Position numbers and translations under genes: made by a program. Below are positions 11,803 through 22,576 of a stretch of 39,929 bases of DNA, piece by piece (position 1 is the first letter of the stretch; each line of letters begins with the position of its first letter). Source of the stretch: Chrysochromulina tobinii (taxonomy: Eukaryota); NCBI GenBank assembly GCA_001275005.1, contig JWZX01003328.1:1-39929 (forward strand), read 5' to 3'. Under the pieces are notes generated by a model. It was given only the letters and a program-made list of their open reading frames with translations, made no database searches and had not been told where the DNA came from.

Positions 11803-12362
11803 TTGGTGCGAAAGTCAGTGCGTGACGATTTGTTCCGAGAACGCGAATGTCTTTCGGCAGTCAAAGTATTTATGGTCACCCAACTCCCAACAATCGGCGT
11901 CATAAGGAGGCAGTATCCACTAGCTCGAGGACCCCTGGACCCCATCACCACAACCAAACTCGAGCCGCCGGGCCGGCCTCAAAGGCCGGCCGCGCTAAAT
12001 CGCATTTAATCGCTCAGCCTTATCTAGATTCTAGAAGCCATATTTTAGGACGCCAGGCGGCCAGAGCGTCCAAAAGAAGGCGCATCTTCGCGTCTTCGGA
12101 TCCCCATCGCGTCCCTCCGCCCACGGTTATGAAAAAGGCCATACACACGAAGAGGCCGCGTGTAATGATTTTCTGATGACGTGTTCAAATCGATTGATTG
12201 ATTCATCTCAAATCGTGTCCACGTCATTTTCGAAAGAGTTTTTTATTCATTAGGAGGATTCCAATTAGGGAAACGCATCTCATACTACTGCGCAGTAGCA
12301 CCTCCCGAGAGCGAGCGGTCACAGCCTTGGATGGCGGAATTGTTGGCGAGCTTATTTCGGTA

Positions 12363-13769
12363 ATGGACGTCGACGCGGGACGAGAGCCGCACCCGGGTCA
12401 ATTGGTCTTTCAACCGTCGACGTCGGACGAGTCTTCCGCGGCTGCTTTCCTCGCTGGAGTAAAGTATGCCGGGAGGGGCGCCGCACGACAGAAGAGAGAT
12501 AAGGAGGCTGCAGGCATGCAGGAGGAGGAGACTGGAGATGGTGCGCCCGCCTCCTCTGACGCCGATACGGCCCACGCGGCCTCCGTCCTCGCGCACGTGC
12601 GCGGCGCGCTGGAGGCCCATGACGCGGATGTCGATTGTGACAAGGGGGAAACCCCAGATGGGACGATGCCACCAGCCAAGCCGCGCCGAACGCGCCAGAG
12701 CTTCTCATGGCGCCAGGTGGCCGTACTCGAGCAAGTCTTCGAGCAGGATCCCATGCCGCTCCAACTCCTGCGCGTCCAGCTCGCCGAGCGGCTGGGCGTG
12801 CAGCCTCGCACCGTACAGGTGTGGTTCCAAAACCGGCGCCAGAAGCAGAAGCAGCTTCAGCAAGCGATGGGCCAGAACCCGCCCTCGTTCCGTGCGTCGC
12901 ACCCGCGGCTCGTCTCGCTCCCGCCGTTGCAGCATGGCGGGGGCTCCTTCGCCGTCCCGCAGTCCAGTGGCGTGCCAGTTGCCACGGAGTACATGCCTGC
13001 GCCGGGGGCGACCATGGTGGCAGCGCCCCTGGGCCAGTACCTGTACGCTGCCTTCCCGCAGGCGCAAGGCCCCATCGTGACTCCGCCTCAGAACTCTTAC
13101 CTGCAGCCGCAGGTTGGCCCATCGCAGCTTCGATCGGCCAATGAGACGGCAGCTGAGACTGTGGACCATGCGACAGCGGCTGTCGCGGCCGCCGTGGCTG
13201 CGGCAACAGCCTCGGTGATGGTGGGGGCGGCGGCGCCGCCATCAAAGGGCGGGACGCCACTGCCCGCGGTGCCCATGCCAGGGTACGCTGGCATGCAGTA
13301 CTACTCGCAGCTGCTACAGCAGCACCCGCAGCATGCGGCTTCGGTGCAAGCTGCTCAATACGCCGCGCAGCAAGCCGCACACGCGGCCGGTGGCTCTTTT
13401 GTGCCCGGTCCGTCCTCCCAACCGCCCCTCGGCTACATGACTGTGAGCAATGGCCCGGGCAGGGATCGCCCGTTCGGGGCGATGGGGGCGCAGATGGACT
13501 CGCCGATGGTGCCGGTGCCGGTCTCGCAACTGACGAACACTCCAACCGTCTCGATGGCAATGCCGCTCGCACAAGGTCAACCGCAGTCGCGGCCGCCACC
13601 GCCGGGTCAGATCCAGTTCTATGGGACAGCATTTACGCAATTACCGACTGCGGCGAATGTCAGGGGGCTGTCACAGGGTCGGCCGACGATGCTGCACAGC
13701 GTGACCCCCGTCAACCCAACGCCCTTCATGGACGCACCCGGCGTGCACCCGCCAGCAGCAGTGCCGTAG
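12363..13769 (+). CDS. Homeodomain transcription factor with Q/P/A-rich C-terminus
   Basis: KPRRTRQSFSWRQVAVLEQVFEQDPMP...LAERLGVQPRTVQVWFQNRRQKQKQ (WFQNRR helix 3, Q50 class). Confidence 0.9.
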   Translation: MDVDAGREPHPGQLVFQPSTSDESSAAAFLAGVKYAGRGAARQKRDKEAAGMQEEETGDGAPASSDADTAHAASVLAHVRGALEAHDADVDCDKGETPDGTMPPAKPRRTRQSFSWRQVAVLEQVFEQDPMPLQLLRVQLAERLGVQPRTVQVWFQNRRQKQKQLQQAMGQNPPSFRASHPRLVSLPPLQHGGGSFAVPQSSGVPVATEYMPAPGATMVAAPLGQYLYAAFPQAQGPIVTPPQNSYLQPQVGPSQLRSANETAAETVDHATAAVAAAVAAATASVMVGAAAPPSKGGTPLPAVPMPGYAGMQYYSQLLQQHPQHAASVQAAQYAAQQAAHAAGGSFVPGPSSQPPLGYMTVSNGPGRDRPFGAMGAQMDSPMVPVPVSQLTNTPTVSMAMPLAQGQPQSRPPPPGQIQFYGTAFTQLPTAANVRGLSQGRPTMLHSVTPVNPTPFMDAPGVHPPAAVP

Positions 13770-14387
13770 GCTGTGCATCGAGGGGCATACGGGTGTTGCG
13801 CCCCACCCGCCGGGGTTGTGGCTGCCCAATCCGCCCAAGTCGGCGGGATGAGGGGTATGTGCCAGTGTGCACTGCGCTCCGCTCGATGAAGCTGCCGCGT
13901 GCCGCCTGCAGCGGATGCCAGCGACGATCGACAGCGGATACAAGCCATGTATCCATGTACAATGCTACAACCCTGTTGGTGTGAGGAGTGAGCATCAGCA
14001 CATGAGGACATACAATGCCTCTCCGAGGCTCTCGCCGGCGGCTAATGATGATGTACACCGTGTAGGTGGCACAAGCTAACCCGTCAAGAAGCATGCTAAC
14101 GTCAAACGTGAGAGCAATTGCGTGACGATTGGTCAGTGGTGCGGCGGTGTTTGCTCTGTCCTGTGAGAGACGCTGCCCGCTGCGACACCGCGCCATGGAA
14201 ACGCCGCGGATGTCCCCGGAGGCGTCCCCAAACGCACAGTCGCATTCACAAATCACAATGTCAATGAGATAGGAGGGGCGCAGGATTCGCGTTGTGCGAT
14301 GCGTCAGGATGCGTGTTGGTGTGTTGTGAATGTCTGTGCGTGTTGGTGATGTGTTGTGAATGAATGACTAGCTGCTGGCGACGCTCG

Positions 14388-17300
14388 ATGTCGACTGCCG
14401 ATATCATCGGTTCCCTCCTCGCGTCGGCGGCGGACGCTCTGCTCGACGAACCGGCGCGGCGCCATGCGCTTGGCCAAGTGAAGCTGCTGCAGGCACCACC
14501 GGAGGTCGTACGACCGGCAGTGCCTCTGTTGCTCCGCTTGCTTGAGGACCCTGCCGCTGATGTGCGCCGGATGGCGCTGGCTCTTGTGGAGGATGCAGGG
14601 CGCTCATGCCCGTCGACCATTCCCGAGCTGCTCCCGGCGCTGCTCACCAGGCTTAGCGACGAGAGTGCGCCCACGCTTAAGCGCGCCCTGGCAGCTGCGA
14701 CGTCGCTCCTCCGACCGACGCTTGTACTGCTGCTTGCTGAGAAGGATGAGGCTGCTGCCAAGGCACTCGAGCCCACCTGGGGGCACCTCCGCAAGCTGCG
14801 CGAGACAGCGGGCACGCTCCTCAACGCCGCGAGCGCCGCCGATTCGGTGCGCACTGCCGCCGTCAAGGCATGTGAGGCGCTGGTGCTCGCCTACACGGAC
14901 GAGCCTGAGGATGAGGGCACGGAGTCAGCGGAGGGGCCGCCTGGCGCCGATGTGACCAGTGGCGGCAGCGGATGGCGCCTGTCGGCGCTGCCTGCTGCAG
15001 CCGCGCTCGAGGATGGCAATGGTGCCAATCGAGGCGTACACGTGGGCGAGGGCGGCACGAGCGGCGCCGAGAGCAGCGGCAACGAAGGCGGCGGCGAAAC
15101 AGGTAGTGAGGGCGCCGCTGCTATCACGGCAAGCGAGGAGAGCAAGCTCGGCAAGCGGCCACCCCATCCGCTGCTCGAGCGCGCGGCACTCGAGGCCGAA
15201 GGCGAAGCTACCCTCACTTTGCTCGAGACGACGCTACTAGCGCCGCCCTCAGCGACAGTTCTGCTGGTGCTGCTCACGTCGATCGCGGCGCTTGCCCGGC
15301 AACGTCGGGTGCTGCTGCAACGGCTGAGCCGCACGCTCGCGGCGCTGTCGCGCGCTCTGCTCGAGCGCGCTGCCTCGCTCGCCGCGCTTCCGTCCCATCA
15401 GGTCGCCAACGCTCAGCAATCTCTACGGGCGGCGCTCCTGACTCTGCTCAAGACGACGCGCGCACGTGAGGACCGTGCTGTTGAGGAGGAGCTCGCGACG
15501 GCGCTGCGCCACCTCGGCGCGAACGAGCAGCTCAAGCATCTGTACAAGCTGATGGGCACCGAGCCCCCCCCGCTGCTCGGGGGGGGCGAGCGAGGCGCGT
15601 CCGAGAGCGCCGTATCGGGCGCCGGATCGAGCGCCGTATCGGGCGCCGTATCGAGCGCCGTATCGAGCGCCGCTGACGGCAGCGGGAGTACCAAGCGTGC
15701 CACTGCCGATGGCACCGAGGGAGGCGACAGCGCGTTCGCAGCAGGTCCGAAGCGCGTTAAGACCGAGGGGGCGCCCACGGCGGCGCTCGCGACGACGACG
15801 ACGACGAGCAGTGGAGGCAGTGCTGCCGCCTCGGCGCGCCTGGGGATGCCGCCGCGCCCGCCGCTGCTGCCCCCCGCGGAGCTCGAAGCTCTCCTCTCTC
15901 GGCTCGGGCCGCATCTCGTGGCGCAGCTCGTGATCGCCTCCATGCCGTGGCTGCCGCCGCGCCCGCCGCCGCCGCCGCCGCCGCCGGCTGGTACCGGTAC
16001 GGCGCTCGAGCGCAAGCCCATGAAGCTCAACGCTCCCATAAAGATGGACGCGGCGGCGTGCGCGTCGCTGGCGGAGGCGGCCCTGGCGAGCCTGATCGGC
16101 GACGATAGGGAAGCACAGCTCGCGGCGAGAGGGCTGGCCGAGGTGCGCGCACTCCTCCTCGGACGACGCGCGGCTGCATGCAAGTGCTCACCACGGCGCC
16201 CTCCTCTCCCCACAGGTGCGCGCACTCCTCCTCGGACGACTCGCGGCCAAGCAGCGCGCCGATGGCCCTTACTGTCACGCACTCGCTGCCCACGTGCTCG
16301 CGGCGCCAATGGAGCGCCTACCGGTGGCTCTCGCCTGGTTGCATGCAGAATTCGCCGAGCATGGGAGTGGCGCGACGGAGGTGGGCGGTGCTCAAGGCGG
16401 CGCCGCGAAAACGGGGGAGACGGCGTCGCCCAGCCGGTACGATGTGCTCGCCATGTCGCTGCTGCCGCGGCTGCGCCGTGCCCTGCCGCCCAATGCACGC
16501 GCCGCCGTCCAGGTGCTCTTGGATGTACCCAAGCTCATGTCCGAGTGGCTTTCAAAGCTCATTGAGCTCGAGGGGGAGGAGATGTGGCGACCGGGGCTCG
16601 CGGCCTACCGCGAGCTGGCGATGCAGCGCGACGCGCTCGGGCCGGCGTGCCTGCGCGCGCTGCTTCAAGTGGCGACCTCGGCTGGGGAGTCGGCTGGGGA
16701 GGCTGAGAGGCGCGCACACGCGGTCAAGATCGTGACGGCTCAGCTGCTCCCTTTACCTCGCTTCGCTTCGTTGATTGGCGGCTTTGCCGAGGCGCAGCTG
16801 CGCCGCCTCGTGGGCGCGTCCACCACCGCCCATCCGACGGCCAGCTGCGTCGGCGACGGGATGGACGTGTCATCGGACGGCGAGATGGCCGAAGACTCGT
16901 GGGCCATCAAGAGCCATCAGGAGGGCGAGGAGAACGAGGACATCCTCACGGCGCATGTGCAGCTCTACCTCGCAGTGGTTGCCAAGGAGCCCGCACGGCT
17001 GTGGCCTCTGCTCGCGCACTTTGGCGGCGCCTCGGCCGGCGCGCAGGCGGTGCTGGTGCGGAACGCGCCCCTGCTCGTGCCGCACATCGACCCCGTCGAG
17101 TTGGCGTCCCTCCTTGTGAGAGCGATGCGTGAGATACGGCCCCTTGACCCTAGTGCGCCGCTGATCCTCGCTCTACTCACGGCCGTGGCCGCCGGCTCGC
17201 CTACCGGTTCGCCGCCCGCACCGCCTGCACCGCCCGCGGCGCTCGTCGAGGGCACGCTTGAGCTCTGCTGCACCGAGCTGCGCGATGGCCGGTATGCAGT

Positions 17301-17931
17301 GCCGCTCCTACCGTTTGCTCCACGCCCGCTCGTCGAGAGCGTCCTGCCGCGGCTGCTCGGCATGGCACCGGAGACGGCGTCTGCGGCGCTCGCGGCGCTG
17401 ATGCATGCGAAGCCGCCGCCGTTGCCGCCGGCGCACCTGTTGCTGCTGCTGCACCAGCTGCCCTCGGATGGGTCTGCAGGCGTCAGCCTCAAGCAGCTCA
17501 TCGACGGCGTGCAGGCTTGCCTTGCAGAAAAGTCGGTGTTCACGATGCAGGTGGTGGCGGACGCGCTGCAGCTCATCGTGCATCTGGATCCGCTGCCGCT
17601 CATCTTCATGCGCACGACGATCCAGGCGCTCCTCTACCACCCGCTCCTCGCGCAGTTCACCATGGGCCTGCTGCACCACCTCATCTCACGCCAGATCTGG
17701 ACCTCGCCGCGGCTCTGGACGGGCTTCGTCAAGTGCTGCCAGCAGGGCATGCCTCACTCGCTCCCAGTGATGCTCGCGCTGCCCGCGCCGCAGCTGCTCG
17801 AGATTATCGAGCAGCAGCCCGAGCTGCGCCCGATGCTCATCAGCTACGGCGCCATGCATCTGAGCGAGGTTGACGACGACGTCAAGGAGGCTCTCGGGCT
17901 CACCGAGGAGGAGGAGGTGCTCGATATTTGA
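14388..17931 (+). CDS. SYMPK: Symplekin (pre-mRNA 3'-end processing scaffold), ~1156 aa; exons 14388-16142 and 16216-17931
   Basis: N-terminal HEAT-like repeats; C-terminal DPLPLIFMRTTIQAL...LISRQIW...LWTGFVKCC...SLPVMLALPAPQL typical of Symplekin_C. A 73-nt phase-0 intron joins the two long ORFs in frame. Confidence 0.85.
16143..16215 (+). other. Spliceosomal intron (73 nt) whose first 32 nt duplicate the downstream exon start
   Basis: GAG|GTGCGCGCACTCCTCCTCGGACGACgCGCGGC...CTCAC...CCCTCCTCTCCCCACAG|GTGCGCGCACTCCTCCTCGGACGACtCGCGGC (31/32 identical). Confidence 0.85.
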
Positions 17932-18187
17932 GATGGTGGTGCCGGTCGGCGGCCGGCACCACACGGCCACGGGCATCGGCGGGCCGGGAGTTGTTAACAG
18001 CCCATTCACGCAGCTTTATACTCACCGATGTAGCGCGGCTTGTCGGCCCGCGTCGAGCTGTTTAAAGAAGCAGCGCTTGTTCACAGCCAATGGTTTAATT
18101 CGGCACCCAAGACACCGGACCGGCGTACATACAGTGTTGTTCACACCTCAAGTCGACGCAGCACCAGGGCGCGACAAACGTCGCGAG

Positions 18188-18793
18188 ATGCCCACAGACG
18201 CTGAGAGGCTCGCGGCCTGCGACGCGGAGGTTGCATCGCATCGTGCGAAATTTCCGGACGTGGCACACATTGAGCCAGAGACGCTTCGGCAAATGCAGTC
18301 CGATGGGCCGGTGTTGCTGGTCGACGTGCGCAGTGACGCAGAAAGGGCCATCTCAACCATCCCGGGAGCACTGCCGCTCAGCAAACTGCCGCGGCCACTA
18401 CCAGACGACGTCCCGCTGGTGACATTTTGCACAGTGGGCTTCCGAAGTGCACTGGAGGCGAGGCGACTGTTATCGACTGGAGGCGAGGCGTCTGGGCGAG
18501 CCGTGTACAGCATGTCTGGCGTCTTGAAGTGGGCCCACACTGGTGGTGTGTTTGTGGACGCAGGTGGTAACCCAACCCGACGCTTGCACGTCTTCGGTGA
18601 GAAGTGGCAAGCTCTTGCACCCAGCCACGTGGAAGCCATCATTTTCAGCACCGTGAGCCTAGGGCTGTTTCGTGCCGTCCTCCGGGTGCCGATTGTCATG
18701 CTCCAAACAATCGGGCAGCAGTTTCGGCTCGCTCTTGCTCGCCTCCTCGGCCTAGCGCCGCCAGCAGCAACCCACAAGGATCGCTCAAGTTGA
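18188..18793 (+). CDS. Rhodanese-like domain protein
   Basis: LLVDVRSDAERAISTIPGAL, active-site loop VTFCTVGFRS, SMSGVLKW. Confidence 0.85.
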   Translation: MPTDAERLAACDAEVASHRAKFPDVAHIEPETLRQMQSDGPVLLVDVRSDAERAISTIPGALPLSKLPRPLPDDVPLVTFCTVGFRSALEARRLLSTGGEASGRAVYSMSGVLKWAHTGGVFVDAGGNPTRRLHVFGEKWQALAPSHVEAIIFSTVSLGLFRAVLRVPIVMLQTIGQQFRLALARLLGLAPPAATHKDRSS

Positions 18794-19200
18794 ACAGGAG
18801 GGCGTCGCCGGCCCGTGCTTGCAGGGAACATGCAAACAACGAGAAGTGGGTAGTGGTGGCCGTGCTTCGCCGCCGAGCCGGAAACCGTGAACGTGGATCC
18901 GTCGGATCGAACGCGTCGGCGCCTCGGCCCGCGGCCGGCTGCGTAGCAAATGTTCTTAAATAAGTTCGGACAAGCCTGTGCGTACTTTAGCCCACACCAC
19001 CGTTCGGCGCAGCGGCCTTTGCGTCGACCTCGCACGGGACCCGCCACACGGGCGCACACCGGACCGCCGCGCCGGTGCCGTCACGGTTCGGTCTCGTTGT
19101 CAACAATGATGAGCCCACATAGAGCCGACCGCGGCCGTTCCCCATCCCCCGACGGCACGAGAGAGCTAACGACCCGAAGTGCAGTGTTGACCTACATTCA

Positions 19201-19475
19201 TTACTGCGTTGTGGCTGATGCGCTCTCCATACGCGTCAACCACGCAGGCCTCACCATGTGACGGCCACGGCCGCGCGGCGCCAAGCGGACGGGCTGACGA
19301 TCTTCTGCCGCACCGCTGCCGGTCGCCGGCAGACCCCACATAGCCTGAGTCACATTGTAGGCCTCCTCAATCTTATGCTGTCGGAGGGCCTCCTGCTTGG
19401 AGGCCCGCGATGAGAAGTCGAGAGGCGTACCATCTTGGCGCCTCATCATGGGCTCGAGAGGGCCGCCTCCGTCTA

Positions 19476-19521
<46 letters not shown>

Positions 19522-20373
19522 GCCACCGCCGCCGCTGGTAACGCCGCCACACGAAGCCGTGGTGTTTGACGATGGCGCTCCTGACGCGGCGGCAGCCGCG
19601 AGGGCTTCGTACTCGACATAGGCGGGGTCGTCGCCTTCGAAATCGCCTATCTCGCGCTGGCGCGACGCGCCAGGCGCATCTGCATCCACGTCACCCACGC
19701 CGTCGGTCACCTGCTGCCACTGTTGCTTCCGCGCCTCAGCCTCTTGCCGTATTCTTTGGCGCACCTCCTTTGGCGCGAGCTCTGCGTCTCCGTGTGCAAA
19801 CTGGCAGCGCTGGCCTCGCTTGCACTTGCCCTTCCCGCCCTGAAAGAGTGGGCAGCGCTGTAAGAAGAGCCCCTGCCGAGGGCCTGGCGGCGGCATGCCC
19901 GGACCGGTGGAGCCGTATCGTGGAGCAGTACGACCCTGGGCCAAACTAATTGGCGGCCGCCAGGACGCCTCGGGCTGCGCATAACCACGGCGGTCGTCCC
20001 GCTCACGACTGCCATTGTGGCGCTGCGGTGCCACGGGGCCGCCGCGCTCCGGCGAGGGCGAGCGTGAGCGCCGCCCGCGGCCGCTGCTGTCCTCAGTCAG
20101 CTCCTGGAGCCATGCAGGCCGTGTGGCCGGCTGCTGCTGCTGCTGCGGCGGCGGCGGCGTCAAGTGCGCGACGTCGTACCCGGCATCCTTACAGGCCTGG
20201 AGGTAGGCGGCACATGCTGCAGCGTACTCATCCGGTGTCTGATACTGATAGGCAGCGGCAGTGTCGCCCGCATCAGATGGTGGTGGTGGTGGTGCAGCAT
20301 CTTCCTCGGGTGGCGGCGGTGGCAGCTCGTCTGGAGGTGGCGGAGGTGGTACGTCATGACAGTGGTCCGCCAT
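19201..20373 (-). CDS. CCCH zinc-finger, Pro/Gly-rich putative RNA-binding protein
   Basis: CPLFQGGKGKCKRGQRCQFAHGDAEL; RSRSPSP segment; C-terminal GRGRHMVRPAWLT. Confidence 0.75.
19477..19534. repeat. (GCC)n trinucleotide tract encoding poly-Gly on the minus strand
   Basis: Run of gcc codons with two gcca interruptions. Confidence 0.9.
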
Positions 20374-20596
20374 GCTAAAGAAAGCTATTCACAGATTTGT
20401 ACGGGTTTTCGCAAAAGAGAGTGTGAAATACGGATAGAACACACGCGTCTCACGTTCTTTGCAACGTATTTTGGGGGAATTGCGCGACTGTCTTGCGATT
20501 TTTCCCCCGCCGATGTGCCCACGACGGCCACCCGAGCGAAAAAGGGTTCCGCGTTCAATGGTGAAGGGGTTTCTCTCCTCGGTACATGCACTCATC

Positions 20597-21898
20597 ATGG
20601 CCCACGAACAGCTCTTCACCTACACTGTCTCCTTTGGGAGCTTCTACTTGTTTGTCCTGATCTCCTTCCAGATGGTCAAGTCACCTGACTTCAGACGTGA
20701 CCGCGACAGGCTGTCGCGGCTGGTGCACGCCTGCGTCGTTGGTGACGAAGATATCAAGCGGAAGGGAGGCGGAGCTTTCGATGCTGACGAGTCAAGACCC
20801 GAAAGCTTTGCCGCGTCCGCGATGCGGCTGACCGTGTGCTCGGTCGGCATCCAGGTGAGCTACCTGCTCTGGGGTCTGATGCAGGAGCGCATCATGACGA
20901 AGCCGTACGAGACCGGGGAGCTCTTTCGCAGCAGCAAGTTCCTCGTCTTCGCCAATCGCATCCTCGCACTCTTCGCGGCCTGGGCGATGATGTGCTACAC
21001 AGGTGAGCCCGTGGTGCGCTGCGCCAATGGCGCGCCGCTGTACAAGTTCTCGTACTCGTCAGTGTCGAACATCATGTCCTCGGTGTGCCAGTACGAGGCG
21101 CTCAAGTTCGTCTCGTTCCCGACACAGGTGCTCGCCAAGTCGTGCAAGATGGTACCCACCATGCTCATGGGCTACGTCGTGTCGCGCCGCGTGCACGCCT
21201 GCTTCGAGTACGTGGTGGCAATGGGCGTCACGGCGGGCGCAGCCATGTTTAAGCTGTTTGAGACAAACGACGCACCGGTGAAAAACACCGAGCTTTGGGG
21301 CATCATCCTTATCACCGTGTACATGGTGCGTGACTCATTTACCTCCAACTGGCAGTCGGCTGTCTTCAAGGAGTACAAGGTCTCCTCGACAGCGATGATG
21401 CTCTACGCCAACCTCTTCTCCTCGGCGTTCACAGCTCTTGGGCTGGTGCTCACGCTCGAGGGGGTGACGGTGTACGCCTTCCTCGTGGCCAACCCCTCGT
21501 GCGTGCTCCATATCGTCACCATGGCCATCTGCTCCGCTGTCGGCCAGCTCTTCATCTTCTACACCATCAAACGGTTCGGACCAGTTGCGTTCGCGACCAT
21601 TCAGACCGTGCGCCAGTTCCTCTCAGTCGTGCTCTCGATCCTCTTCTTCGCGCATCCGATCAATCTGATGATGGGCTGTGGCATCGCCATCGTCTTCCTC
21701 TCGCTCGGAGCGGAGGTCTTCCATCAGTGGAGGAGGAAGCGCACCTCGCCCGGCCACAAGCCAGAGCCCCTCACGCCGCCCTCTGAGCTCGAGAGCCAGC
21801 GTGACGCGGACAGCATGTCGGATGTGGGCGACCATGCCGGCGATCGCTCAGACCAGCCCTCGGCGGCGCTCCTCCGCCCCTCGGCCGCGCGGTGGTGA
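20597..21898 (+). CDS. SLC35B2: PAPS transporter 1-like (SLC35B2 / UAA nucleotide-sugar transporter family)
   Basis: GIQVSYLLWGLMQERIMTKPY, FLVFANR, SNIMSSVCQYEALKFVSFPTQVLAKSCKMVPTMLMG, DSFTSNWQ, SAVGQLFIFYTIKRFGPV, TVRQFLS. Confidence 0.85.
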   Translation: MAHEQLFTYTVSFGSFYLFVLISFQMVKSPDFRRDRDRLSRLVHACVVGDEDIKRKGGGAFDADESRPESFAASAMRLTVCSVGIQVSYLLWGLMQERIMTKPYETGELFRSSKFLVFANRILALFAAWAMMCYTGEPVVRCANGAPLYKFSYSSVSNIMSSVCQYEALKFVSFPTQVLAKSCKMVPTMLMGYVVSRRVHACFEYVVAMGVTAGAAMFKLFETNDAPVKNTELWGIILITVYMVRDSFTSNWQSAVFKEYKVSSTAMMLYANLFSSAFTALGLVLTLEGVTVYAFLVANPSCVLHIVTMAICSAVGQLFIFYTIKRFGPVAFATIQTVRQFLSVVLSILFFAHPINLMMGCGIAIVFLSLGAEVFHQWRRKRTSPGHKPEPLTPPSELESQRDADSMSDVGDHAGDRSDQPSAALLRPSAARW

Positions 21899-22576
21899 AT
21901 CTCGACCGCCCTTGGCGGCCGGCTTGGAGAGACACACCCGCCGCACCCGGGTGTGTTGGGCGACACACAGCCCCCCCGCGCAGTTTGAGATACGCGTACT
22001 TGTCGCAAGTTGGAGATTTTTAGTAGATAGCAAGGGTCATTCTACAAAAGTTTGAGGTATTTCCTTAATCCTTTGTCGTAAGGTATCTGGATAGCAGCTG
22101 CCCGCTCACGCGTCTCAGGCTACTACATAGAGGGGCGGCCGCGGACCCGCGCGGTTACCGTTAGTCGGAATATAATAATTTATTTAAATCGGCACCGGCC
22201 GGGCCCGGCCGGTTATTCTAGTTTCGATTAGGGCCCGGACGACCCTTACCGACCTGTTTGGCGGAACACGTTTATTCTCGTTTGAATGAGGGTGTACAGG
22301 GTCCGGCTAGGCGCCGGGTAATAACTAATTTGTAACATGCGTACGACATCGGCGTACGACATCTTCGGCGTACTACTGGTCTAGCCTTTCCCGCGGATTG
22401 GATTCCCCAGCTCCACCCCAGCACCCACTGCACGCCTTGTCCCCCATCCATCCCGTGAGCCGTGTGGCTGCCACGCCGGATCGCCCTCGGCCAAAGCAAT
22501 CAGGTAGCTGCCAACCCGTGTGCGCTGCGTCTTCTACGTTTGGGAGGTGATACTAGTAAACATGTGGGTGAATGGA

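Noticed and set aside
15603..15672. 12-nt tandem repeats (gagcgccgtatc) in symplekin
   Set aside because: An in-frame low-complexity linker (SAVSGA/SAVSS); ordinary slippage expansion.
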